NCBI GenBank assembly: GCA_043814315.1
Contig: JBDRKE010000010.1
Span: forward strand, 2,896 to 66,895
Direction of reading: 5' to 3'
From: Candidatus Omnitrophota bacterium
Lineage (GTDB): Bacteria; Omnitrophota; Gorgyraeia; Gygaellales; Profunditerraquicolaceae
DNA: 64,000 nt
Part shown: one piece after another, positions 50,122 through 58,559 of the stretch
Numbering within the stretch: the stretch's first letter is position 1
Layout of the letters: every line of letters starts with the position of its first letter
Translations under genes and position numbers: made by a program
The notes under the pieces: model-generated
Database searches by the model: none
Told to the model about the DNA's origin: nothing
The model's input: the letters and a program-made list of their open reading frames with translations, nothing else

Positions 50122-51234
50122 TTAAGGATTGAATTCTTCGAAGATCAATCGTTCATTTTTGGCGTCAATCTTGACCACGAAATTTTCCAAAAAACTCATG
50201 CCTAATAAACCCTCTATTTCCTGGGGTTCGCTGCTTTCCAAGACAGCGGCTCTAACGTTTTTGACTTCAGTATCCCCCACTCTTACGCTCTTCAAGGTAA
50301 CAGGATACGTAGGTATCTTTTTGCCATCCGCCAGTGTCAGAAAAAGGGAGGGGTTTTGGCGCGAAGTGTCGAGTCCGATTTGATCGGCGATATCTCTGGA
50401 TAGCACCACGAGACTGGCCCCTGTGTCGACCATGAGTCGCGTCTTGAAATGGCCGTTCAGTAAGACCTCTACGACGATATTCAGGCCCAGCCGCTGGAAG
50501 CCCACCGGATATTTTGTAAAATCGCTCTCAAAGATGTCCAGTTCTTTTGCAACACCCTTAAAGAAATACGCATCTTTGCCGCTCGCCTCCCCAGAAGGGG
50601 CGTTAAACTTTTTAGAGAACCTGTTTCTGAACAAACCCATTTCTCGGATAAAATCCGAGATGTTTTTATCAAGAAGCTTCATCTTCTTTTTCTGCTGTAG
50701 GACGTTATATTCAGACAGTTTTATCTTTGCCATCATGGAATTGAATTCATTGACGAGGGCGTTGTATTTTTCCAGATTATCTTTTGGTTTTAGGCCGCCA
50801 AGCTGATCGCTGACTAGGGCTAAACGGCTGTTGAGTTCAAGCAGGTTCTTTTCCAACTGCTGTGATTCCTTTAGGATCTTATCCTTTTCTTTTTTGCTTT
50901 GTAACGCCTGGCCCCTCAAGTTTTTGAGATTCTCAAAATCAGCGGCCAGGTCCAAAAGGCTCTTCGGGATGAATTGCGGCTGGGAAAAATATCTGGTATT
51001 CCAGCTTTCAACTAAACGTTCCTGTTCTTGGGGATCATACCTGCGGATGGAGGCGATATTCTTTTTTTTAAGGGCGATCTTGCCGTATCCCAAATGGAGG
51101 CTCACCCTGTCTTTATCCTCTTTTTCTATGATCCCTTCGATGCTTTCACCATTTTTCAAATAGACCATATCGCCGAAGGCCGTGCTTGAAAAGAGGCCAA
51201 AGAATAACACCATGGATAACAACCAGAGAGGCAT
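50122..51234 (-). CDS. Secreted retropepsin-like (clan AA) aspartic protease-domain protein with a coiled-coil middle
   Basis: Start set at MPLWLLSMVLFFGLFSSTAFG (signal peptide). C-terminal MVDTGASLVVLS D-T-G-A motif. Confidence 0.65.
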   Translation of the reverse strand: MPLWLLSMVLFFGLFSSTAFGDMVYLKNGESIEGIIEKEDKDRVSLHLGYGKIALKKKNIASIRRYDPQEQERLVESWNTRYFSQPQFIPKSLLDLAADFENLKNLRGQALQSKKEKDKILKESQQLEKNLLELNSRLALVSDQLGGLKPKDNLEKYNALVNEFNSMMAKIKLSEYNVLQQKKKMKLLDKNISDFIREMGLFRNRFSKKFNAPSGEASGKDAYFFKGVAKELDIFESDFTKYPVGFQRLGLNIVVEVLLNGHFKTRLMVDTGASLVVLSRDIADQIGLDTSRQNPSLFLTLADGKKIPTYPVTLKSVRVGDTEVKNVRAAVLESSEPQEIEGLLGMSFLENFVVKIDAKNERLIFEEFNP

Positions 51235-51297
51235 CGATTTTCCTTTTACAACAATTATAGCGTCAAGGGAATCAAAAGTCAATTTCAAAGATTTCTC

Positions 51298-51325
51298 TTG
51301 ACAAAAGAGCGAGTCATAGTACAAT
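51298..51325 (+). promoter_or_regulatory. Promoter TTGACA-16 bp-TACAAT for the HTH-pilNOPQM-pilZ operon
   Basis: TTGACA at 51298..51303 and TACAAT at 51320..51325, in the divergent intergenic region. Confidence 0.5.
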
Positions 51326-51408
51326 TAATGCGACATTGGGCGTATTTGGTATACCTAATACATACTATTATTGTTTAGTACCAATTTGTTTAGATTTGGC
51401 ATGCTAGG

Positions 51409-51633
51409 ATGATAAAGCAGATGAACAAAAAGTATTATTCGACCAGAGAGGTATTAAAAAAGGTAGGAATATCCCGGAATACGATTTTCCTGTGGTTTAA
51501 GTACCGCAAGGTCCCGGAAGTCCAGCGCGACCGCAACGGCCACAGGATCTTTACGGAGAAGGATATCCAGTTGATTCTGAATTATAAGAATAAAACCATA
51601 CCGCCCAAGGAGATTCGCATTGGCAAGGGTTAA
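51409..51633 (+). CDS. Small MerR/excisionase-type HTH protein (74 aa)
   Basis: YYSTREVLKKVGISRNTIFLWFKYRKV...RDRNGHRIFTEKDI. Its 3' end overlaps the pilN-like start. Confidence 0.6.
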   Translation: MIKQMNKKYYSTREVLKKVGISRNTIFLWFKYRKVPEVQRDRNGHRIFTEKDIQLILNYKNKTIPPKEIRIGKG

Positions 51634-52252
51634 TCTTTTAAAAGCCGAGATAGGCGGGGTGAGCAGGGCCCTGACGCCTAAGTTTTCTCTGGGGAGAGCG
51701 CCGAAGTTTTTATGGATGCTCAGCGGAATTAGTTTTTTGGTTAGCCTCTTGATTGTGGCCCATACGCTGTATCAGAAGAACAATCTAAAATTCATAAGCT
51801 CGGAATATAACGAAGCGGAGAAGCTTAAAAAGGAAATCGGGGTCTTATATCAGGAAAAGGACGAGTTGAACAAAGAAGGTGAGCTTTTGGCTGCTTATTT
51901 AAAAAGGGACGTGATCTGGTCCGAGAAAATAGACCAGATACGCCGTTTTATTCCTCGGGAAGTTTGGCTCAGGAAGTTGTCCCTCGAACAGAGAGTGAGC
52001 AGAGGCAAAGAAAAGGAACGCTTTTTATATCTGAGCTGCGCTTTGGTACCTAAGCCAGGCACCACTTTTATCGCCACCCTTAGTCTTTTTATGAACCAGT
52101 TTAAGGAAAATCAGGATTTTCTTGTGGGTTTTGATAATCCTGTTTTGTCTGATGTCAAGTCAGAGAAGAAGGATAACACCGAGATCATGACCTTTGTTGT
52201 CGAAATTCCTTTAAGAAAGGCAGGCTCAAGGTTCAATGAAAATAATGAATAG
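51620..52252 (+). CDS. pilN: PilN-like pilus assembly protein
   Basis: N-terminal VNLLK, single TM, coiled coil, VWLRKLSL pattern. TTG start. Confidence 0.55.
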   Translation: MARVNLLKAEIGGVSRALTPKFSLGRAPKFLWMLSGISFLVSLLIVAHTLYQKNNLKFISSEYNEAEKLKKEIGVLYQEKDELNKEGELLAAYLKRDVIWSEKIDQIRRFIPREVWLRKLSLEQRVSRGKEKERFLYLSCALVPKPGTTFIATLSLFMNQFKENQDFLVGFDNPVLSDVKSEKKDNTEIMTFVVEIPLRKAGSRFNENNE

Positions 52253-52823
52253 TATAAAAAGCCTGCCCGCTCTTTCTGCTTTTGTGCCGATTTTAATTTT
52301 TCCGGTCGTGGTTTATTTTCTTTTACTGCCTGCCTTCAAGGATAATATTTCACACAGGCTGCAGATAAAGAATAGAAAAATAGATTTGGGAGTTGCCCAG
52401 GCGCCGATTAAAGAATCCGGAGTCTTAAAAGAGGATATCAAAGGAAAAAAGGCCCAGCTGACAGAGATGGAAACGAGGCTTTTCTGGAAAAGGGATATCA
52501 GTAAATTCTTAACCGAATTGACTCGTCTGGCCGCAGATTTAGAGATTGAATTTATCTCTTTGAAACCGGAACCCCTTACCGTGGATCAAGAAAGTAGAAG
52601 CCTTGATAAAAAAGAACCCAAGGAGTTAAAAAAAATGGCGTCCGTGCCTATTTCCGTTGCGTTCAAAAGTAACTATAATGACATCATAAATTTTTTAAAA
52701 AGAATAGAGGAAGGAGAAAGATTCATAAGGGTTGATTCCTTAAGCATTGAATCGGAATCGGGCGATATGCGTAAGCATGTGACCAAGATGGGATTGAGTA
52801 TTTTTGTTGAGGCAGGGGGATAG
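52236..52823 (+). CDS. pilO: PilO-like pilus assembly protein
   Basis: N-terminal TM, coiled coil, C-terminal VPISVAFKSNYNDIINFLKRIEEGERFIRVDSLSI pattern. Confidence 0.6.
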   Translation: MKIMNSIKSLPALSAFVPILIFPVVVYFLLLPAFKDNISHRLQIKNRKIDLGVAQAPIKESGVLKEDIKGKKAQLTEMETRLFWKRDISKFLTELTRLAADLEIEFISLKPEPLTVDQESRSLDKKEPKELKKMASVPISVAFKSNYNDIINFLKRIEEGERFIRVDSLSIESESGDMRKHVTKMGLSIFVEAGG

Positions 52824-53295
52824 AATTAAACGTATTATTCTTTTTATTGCGGTTTTGGTACTATTGTTAATGCATGGAAGCCTTGGGGCTAACGAGCGGG
52901 ATCCTTTTGTTTCCCCCATGGAGCTAGAGAAGCAGAAGGCCAAGAAACAAATCAGTCTTCGGATGGATTTATCCGAATTTGTGTTAAATGGGATTCTCTG
53001 GAACGAAAAAGTCGGGGTCGCTATTATCAACGATGAAATTTTTTCCGTAGGGGATGAATGCAAAGGACTGGAGGTCGAAGCTATCGAGAGGAACAGCGTC
53101 ACGTTAACGGATGGGACGGATTCTTTAAAGCTGGCGGTAGTCGATGAACTTCCTGTTTTCCAAAAGACCTCTTCCATGGAAACCGGCTCCAAGAAGAACG
53201 TGAGGAAAGAAGGCGCCGGACCATGGGAAGAGATGGTAGAGCAGGAGTTAATGCCTCCTCAAGAAGTCGGAGGTTATCCGGAACATGGTTTATAA
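52804..53295 (+). CDS. pilP: PilP-like periplasmic pilus assembly protein
   Basis: Signal anchor, RDPF motif, LNGILWNEKVGVAIINDEIFSVGDECKGLEV beta-domain pattern. Confidence 0.45.
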   Translation: MLRQGDRIKRIILFIAVLVLLLMHGSLGANERDPFVSPMELEKQKAKKQISLRMDLSEFVLNGILWNEKVGVAIINDEIFSVGDECKGLEVEAIERNSVTLTDGTDSLKLAVVDELPVFQKTSSMETGSKKNVRKEGAGPWEEMVEQELMPPQEVGGYPEHGL

Positions 53296-53311
53296 AGACA
53301 ACACTCCATTT

Positions 53312-54832
53312 ATGAAACGGATTTTTTCTTTAATGCTGGCGTTTATTCTTGTGCTATCATGTTTTTTCACCTGGACCCAGGCGCTTTCTGAAGAAAGCAG
53401 CGTTGAAGGGGCCCAGCGGCAGACAGAGCCCGGCCGTATGTCGGAATCTTCTACGGCTGGAACCAATACAGCGCCGGCCTCATCCGAGCAAGCCGTCTTA
53501 GAAGAGAAGGGTCCTTCTCAGGAAATTCTGGTGGATTTGGATATCAAGGATGCAGACATGAAGGATGTGGCCAGGGCCCTTTCGCGGATCAGCGGAAAGA
53601 ATATCATTGTTACCGACGATGTAAAAGCCAAAGTGGCCATAAGGGTTAAGTCCATGGATTGGCAGGAAGTCTTGAATATGATACTGGAGACCTACGGGTT
53701 GACGATGCTGGAAAAGGAGAATTATATCGTTATCACCACATTCGAAAAGCGGCGTGCGGTAGAAGAAAGCGGAGACCTCCAGACAAAAATAGTGCGCTTC
53801 AATTTTGTGGATGTCGCCTCTATTCAGAAAACTTTGTCTTCCATGCTGACCAAGCGCGGCAGGATGGAGATCGATACGAGGACCAACAGCCTGGTGATCA
53901 CGGATGTGTCAGAGGTTTTAAAGAACATAGAGCAGGTAGCTCTGGAGTTAGATACGAAGACGCCTCAGGTGATGATTGAGGCGATGATGTTGACCGTAAA
54001 GCTTAATGATGATGAGAAATTGGGCATAGACTGGGATTGGCTTCCCGAATATCATTCTGAAAGAGAGCTCAGCCAGTCCCTGGGGATAGGAGGCACGGCA
54101 GGCACAGACTATTTTTGGCAGATCAAGTACGGAAAGACGCTTTTTTCTCGGGCCGCTTTTTCTGCGACTCTGCAATTTTTACTGGAAGAGAAAAGGGCTG
54201 AAATTCTAGCCAATCCCAGGGTTCTGACTCTGGATAATATGCCTGCCAATATTGACCTTACGGAACAGGTTCCTTACACCCAGCAGGTTTCCTCAACGGA
54301 AAGTACAGCTTCCGTGACTTCCGTGCAGTTTAAGGATGTGCCGGTAAAATTGATTGTCAAGCCGCATATCACCAAGGATAATTTCATCATAATGAATGTC
54401 CAGACAGAGCAAAGCTATCTTTCCGGATACGCATCAGGCACGACCCAGCCTATCATAGATACGCGGAAAGCTGAAACCAACGTTATGGTCAGGGACGGTG
54501 AGACCATTGTCATCGGGGGATTAAGAAAGAAAGAGAAAACGGAAACTGTCGAAAAATTTCCCCTCTTAGGGGATATTCCTGTGGTTGGCCATTTTTTCAA
54601 AAAAACAATTAAATCTTCGGTGGATACGGAGTTGATTATTCTGATCACGCCCTATGTTTCTATAGATCAAAAAGTGACGGAAAGGGAGAAAAGGCGCATG
54701 GAAGAAATTGACTCCAAGCTCCTATTAATGCATAATCCTTACCTCTCGGATGACTATTCATCGGACGATGAGTACTTTTCCGTTGAAGATATTGAAGATA
54801 TTGAAGATACTGAAGATACTGAAGATTACTAA
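53312..54832 (+). CDS. pilQ: Type IV pilus secretin PilQ with an acidic tandem-repeat tail
   Basis: Signal peptide MKRIFSLMLAFILVLSCFF. Secretin C-domain VMVRDGETIVIGGL...FPLLGDIPVVGHFFK...ELIILITP. Confidence 0.85.
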   Translation: MKRIFSLMLAFILVLSCFFTWTQALSEESSVEGAQRQTEPGRMSESSTAGTNTAPASSEQAVLEEKGPSQEILVDLDIKDADMKDVARALSRISGKNIIVTDDVKAKVAIRVKSMDWQEVLNMILETYGLTMLEKENYIVITTFEKRRAVEESGDLQTKIVRFNFVDVASIQKTLSSMLTKRGRMEIDTRTNSLVITDVSEVLKNIEQVALELDTKTPQVMIEAMMLTVKLNDDEKLGIDWDWLPEYHSERELSQSLGIGGTAGTDYFWQIKYGKTLFSRAAFSATLQFLLEEKRAEILANPRVLTLDNMPANIDLTEQVPYTQQVSSTESTASVTSVQFKDVPVKLIVKPHITKDNFIIMNVQTEQSYLSGYASGTTQPIIDTRKAETNVMVRDGETIVIGGLRKKEKTETVEKFPLLGDIPVVGHFFKKTIKSSVDTELIILITPYVSIDQKVTEREKRRMEEIDSKLLLMHNPYLSDDYSSDDEYFSVEDIEDIEDTEDTEDY

Positions 54833-54927
54833 AGAGAGATAGATGAGTTGTAGGTAAAACTCTTTTCATTACCCGCTCGATTCTATCTCTCATTTTGTTT
54901 CTCAAGGGTTAAGGCGAATCTATAAAA

Positions 54928-55950
54928 ATGAGAGTTTCCAGTTTTTTTCAATCGGTTATCCCCAAGGCCTTTATCGGCGTTGACATCGGGACCTACAGCG
55001 TGAAAGTAGCCCAGATAAAAAAGAAAAGGTTTTCCGATAAGAAATTCCTCTCCTTGGGCATCAAAGACATCAAGCAGCCCCTTACGCACGAGTCTATTGT
55101 TACGGCAATCAAGGCGGCCTGCAAAGAGATAAAGATGGATTCCAATAAAGTGAACATCTCCGTTTATGGGACTGAGATCATCATGAGATATATCACCCTG
55201 CCTGTTTTAGAAACATCGGATCTATCGCGCTGTCTGGAGTTTGAATTAGAAAGATATATCCCCGGCAAGCAAAAGAGCCATATGGTTATTGATTTTAAGA
55301 TATTGTATAGATTACCTAATAATCAGATGGCGGTTTTACTCATTGCTTTGGAAAAACAGGTTATGCAAGAACGCCTTGCCTTAATCAATGATGCGGGGTT
55401 GGTGCCTGTGAGCGTAGGTGTGGATAGCCTGGTTTTGATGGAAGCGTGTAAGCCCCTAGTGGTACCCGGCAAGAAGCAGGACGTCACGGCTGTTTTAGAC
55501 GTAGGTTACTCTGTGAGCAAATTGGTAGTCTTCCAGGGCGATACCCCTTATTTTTCCCGTGACATCAATACTAGCGGTGTGTATAATTTCTTGCAGATGG
55601 TCAGCGAGAATATGGGATTGAATCCCGAGCAAGCCCAAGATGCCCTTTTTAACCCTGCCGACAAAATGCAACAACTCTATGAGTCCATAAAATTGAACCT
55701 GGATAGCCTGACGGATGAATTACGATTGTCTTTTGAGTATTGCGGAAGGAACCTGCAGAAGAAAGTCAATCAGTTGTACTTAACCGGGGGAGGTTCAAAA
55801 ATCAAGGTGTTGAATGAGAACCTGGCCGCAGGTCTGAATTTAAGCACAGTTTTGTTAGATGTGACTCAAGGCTTTAGCATATCCTGCGGTTTAGCGCAGC
55901 AGAATATCAGCCCTCTCATTACCGTGGCCGTAGGACTGGCTATGGGATAA
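54928..55950 (+). CDS. pilM: Type IV pilus assembly protein PilM (actin-like ATPase fold)
   Basis: FIGVDIGTYSVKVAQI, LDVGYSVSKLVVF, LYLTGGGSKI. Confidence 0.8.
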   Translation: MRVSSFFQSVIPKAFIGVDIGTYSVKVAQIKKKRFSDKKFLSLGIKDIKQPLTHESIVTAIKAACKEIKMDSNKVNISVYGTEIIMRYITLPVLETSDLSRCLEFELERYIPGKQKSHMVIDFKILYRLPNNQMAVLLIALEKQVMQERLALINDAGLVPVSVGVDSLVLMEACKPLVVPGKKQDVTAVLDVGYSVSKLVVFQGDTPYFSRDINTSGVYNFLQMVSENMGLNPEQAQDALFNPADKMQQLYESIKLNLDSLTDELRLSFEYCGRNLQKKVNQLYLTGGGSKIKVLNENLAAGLNLSTVLLDVTQGFSISCGLAQQNISPLITVAVGLAMG

Positions 55951-55963
55951 ATAATATCGAAAG

Positions 55964-56293
55964 ATGCAGGAAAGAAGAAAATTTTTAAGGCTAAAAGAGA
56001 ATGATAAGATTTGCTTCAGCGAGATCCCGTATTCCAAAAGCGAACGTATCTTGAGTCTCGATGTCAGCATAGGGGGAGTGCGTTTCCTATCCAACCATTT
56101 TATCAAGCCGCAGTCTACTTTAAAAATCGAGATGGCTTTTGAGCGCGCTAAAAAAGCCATCAATGTCTTAGCTGTTGTAAAATGGATTAAGTCTGTTTAT
56201 GAAGATGAGCGCTATGAAGTCGGCGCAGAATTCGTGGATATCGATAAGGAAGATGCACGATTTCTCAACGACTATGTACGCTCAAAAGATTAA
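55964..56293 (+). CDS. PilZ-domain c-di-GMP receptor protein
   Basis: RRKFLR (RRxxxR) and DVSIGG (DxSxxG) at the canonical spacing. Confidence 0.75.
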   Translation: MQERRKFLRLKENDKICFSEIPYSKSERILSLDVSIGGVRFLSNHFIKPQSTLKIEMAFERAKKAINVLAVVKWIKSVYEDERYEVGAEFVDIDKEDARFLNDYVRSKD

Positions 56294-56315
56294 AATTGAA
56301 CTGCAGGCAGCCTGA

Positions 56316-57056
56316 GTGCGAAATATCAAATTAATCATAGAATATGACGGTACACGTTACCAGGGATGGCAGGTTCAAAAACGTCACCCCTCTAAGACTT
56401 TACAGGAAACAATAGAGCAAGCCCTTCAAAAAATCCTTCAGGAGAAAATAAGATTGGTGGGTTCCGGCAGGACAGATGCCGGCGTGCATGCCTTGGCCCA
56501 GGTAGCCCATTTCAGGGCCATATCAGGTATAAGTTTAGAAAAATTGCACAGGGCCCTCAATGGGCTTTTGCCCGGTGATATCTCGATCTTGGGGGTCGAA
56601 GAGTGTGACATTCATTTCCATAGCCGTTTCGACGCCAAATCCAAGGTCTACCGGTATACGATACTCAATCGGAGGTCACGGTCACCCCTTCAGAGAGATA
56701 CGGTTTATTTTTATCCTTATCCTTTAAACTTAAGGCGGATGAGAAAGGAGGCTGCTGCGCTTTTGGGCAGGCACGATTTTAAGTCTTTTCAGGCCATGGA
56801 TAAAAAAGAACGAAGCTCGATAAGAACTATAAAGCAGGTTGAAATTATTAAGGTTGGGCCCCTAGTTCAGATTGATATAGAAGCGGACGGATTTTTGCAC
56901 CATATGGTCAGGAATATCGTAGGGACACTCATCGAGATAGGCCGGGGCAGATTTCCGGAGGGCTCCATGCGTCATATATTACGCTCAAAAGACAGAAAAC
57001 AGGCTGGCCCGACCGTTCCGGGAAAAGGCCTGTGCCTGCTTGAGGTAAAATATTAA
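56316..57056 (+). CDS. truA: tRNA pseudouridine(38-40) synthase TruA
   Basis: IEYDGTRYQGWQ, GSGRTDAGVHA catalytic Asp motif. GTG start. Confidence 0.9.
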   Translation: MRNIKLIIEYDGTRYQGWQVQKRHPSKTLQETIEQALQKILQEKIRLVGSGRTDAGVHALAQVAHFRAISGISLEKLHRALNGLLPGDISILGVEECDIHFHSRFDAKSKVYRYTILNRRSRSPLQRDTVYFYPYPLNLRRMRKEAAALLGRHDFKSFQAMDKKERSSIRTIKQVEIIKVGPLVQIDIEADGFLHHMVRNIVGTLIEIGRGRFPEGSMRHILRSKDRKQAGPTVPGKGLCLLEVKY

Positions 57057-57064
57057 GTGAGACC

Positions 57065-57209
57065 CAGACTTATGGAACGATAGTGACATAAGTCTGTGGC
57101 CGAACTTATCCCCCACCACTTTCAATATAGCATAGGTTATAGCGAAAGTGGTGGGGGGTTAATTCGCGCATAAACTTACGTTGCACTTCGTGCTGCCGTA
57201 AGTTTAGCG
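57065..57209. repeat. Family-3 triple-hairpin module (left copy)
   Basis: h1 CAGACTTATG/CATAAGTCTG, h2 CCCCCACCACTTTC/GAAAGTGGTGGGGGG, h3 CATAAACTTACG/CGTAAGTTTAG. Confidence 0.8.
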
Positions 57210-57225
57210 CTCATTAAAATTTTAT

Positions 57226-57253
57226 TTGACTTAGGCTGAATTTATGTTATACT
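57226..57253 (+). promoter_or_regulatory. Promoter TTGACT-16 bp-TGTTATACT (extended -10) for rplM-rpsI
   Basis: TTGACT at 57226..57231 and TATACT at 57248..57253, preceded by TGT. Confidence 0.55.
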
Positions 57254-57262
57254 TTAAACCTT

Positions 57263-57694
57263 ATGAATAAAACGTATGTCGTTAAGAAAGAAGATATTAA
57301 GAGACAGTGGTATCTCGTAGATGCCAAGGATAAAATCCTTGGGAGGCTCGCTTCCAAAGTAGCCGTGATTCTTAGAGGCAAGCACAAGGCACTGTTTTCT
57401 TGGCACCTGGATACAGGCGATAACATCATCGTTATCAATGCCTCCAAGGTTAAGGTAACGGGCAGAAAGACCGCTCAAAAGATTTACCGTCGCTTCTCCG
57501 GTTATCCGGGAGGGCTAAGAGAAGTGTTTTTGGGGACCATGCTGGCTAAAAAACCGGAAACCGTAATTAAGCTGGCGGTCAGAAGGATGCTTCCCGGCGG
57601 CCCTTTGGGAAGGGATATGTTTAAGAAGCTAAAAGTGTTTGCCGGCGAGAATCATCCTCATCAGGCTCAACACCCCATACCTCTAAAGATATAA
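57263..57694 (+). CDS. rplM: 50S ribosomal protein L13
   Basis: [19 protein letters not shown]. Confidence 0.95.
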   Translation: MNKTYVVKKEDIKRQWYLVDAKDKILGRLASKVAVILRGKHKALFSWHLDTGDNIIVINASKVKVTGRKTAQKIYRRFSGYPGGLREVFLGTMLAKKPETVIKLAVRRMLPGGPLGRDMFKKLKVFAGENHPHQAQHPIPLKI

Positions 57695-57695
57695 T

Positions 57696-58091
57696 ATGAA
57701 TGCGATCACGCAATATGCAGCCGTAGGAAGACGCAAAGAGTCTGTAGCGAGAGTCAAGCTCGTGCCAGGAAAGGGAGAGATTGTGGTTAACGGCCGGCCC
57801 TACGAAAAACATTTTCTGCGCGAAACAGACAGGATAATTGTCAAACAGCCCTTAGTGGCAACCAATACCTTGAATAAATTTGACATCTTCACTCTCATCA
57901 GAGGCGGGGGGCTCACCGGACAGGCAGGGGCTTTGCGTCTTGGCATTTCGCGCGCTTTGGCTACAGCTGACGCCAGCACCAAGGACTTATTGCGCAAGCA
58001 GGGTTACCTGACGCGTGACCCGCGCATGAAGGAACGCAAGAAATACGGCCAGAAGGGCGCACGTAGGCGCTTCCAGTGGACAAAGAGGTAG
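57696..58091 (+). CDS. rpsI: 30S ribosomal protein S9
   Basis: [10 protein letters not shown]...[19 protein letters not shown]...[12 protein letters not shown]. Confidence 0.95.
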   Translation: MNAITQYAAVGRRKESVARVKLVPGKGEIVVNGRPYEKHFLRETDRIIVKQPLVATNTLNKFDIFTLIRGGGLTGQAGALRLGISRALATADASTKDLLRKQGYLTRDPRMKERKKYGQKGARRRFQWTKR

Positions 58092-58129
58092 GAATGTAAA
58101 TCCAAACCCAAAACCAAAAACCAAAATTA

Positions 58130-58158
58130 AGGCCCGCTGGAAAGCGGGCTTTTTGTTT
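58130..58158 (+). terminator. Rho-independent terminator after rpsI
   Basis: GCCCGCT GGAA AGCGGGC followed by TTTTTGTTT. Confidence 0.8.
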
Positions 58159-58166
58159 AATGAGCA

Positions 58167-58313
58167 CATAACTTACGAGCACTGAAAGTGCGAGTAAGTT
58201 ATTGTGCGAATTAACCCCCCACCACTTTCAATAGAGCACAGGTTATAGCGAAAGTGGTGGGGGGTAAGTTCGGGCATACAATTTATGTTCGTTTCACTCC
58301 ATAAATTGTGCCC
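58167..58313. repeat. Family-3 triple-hairpin module (right copy, inverted order)
   Basis: Hairpins run h3-like, h2 (CCCCCCACCACTTTC...GAAAGTGGTGGGGGG), then h1-like. GTTAATTCGC and GGCCGAACTTAT of the left copy appear here as reverse complements. Confidence 0.8.
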
Positions 58314-58396
58314 TTACTTACCGACGAGAAAATACTTGACGATACTAATTTTTTAGTTTAAGATGGAGGCATGACATTGGGGATAAAGGATGATAA

Positions 58397-58545
58397 AACC
58401 AAATACTACAAAATCCAAATGTCAAAGCACAAAGCAAAAAATTCAAAACTAAAAAGTTTTGTTTTGAATTTTGCCTGCCTGCCGGCAAGGCAGGGATTTG
58501 GAATTTGTTTGGGTGCATTGGTATTATTTGAAATTTGGATTTATT
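58397..58545. repeat. Family-2 palindrome with a GCCTGCCTGCCGGCAAGGCAGGG core
   Basis: AAAATCCAAATGTCAAAGCACAAAGC..., core at 58473..58495, then ...TTTGAAATTTGGATTT. Confidence 0.75.
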
Positions 58546-58559
58546 AGATGGGAGCAAAA

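Noticed and set aside
51409-51633. The excisionase-like HTH as a marker of a prophage or integrative element.
   Set aside because: I recognised no integrase, transposase, phage structural genes or att-like direct repeats. The gene overlaps pilN and appears to be part of the pilus operon.
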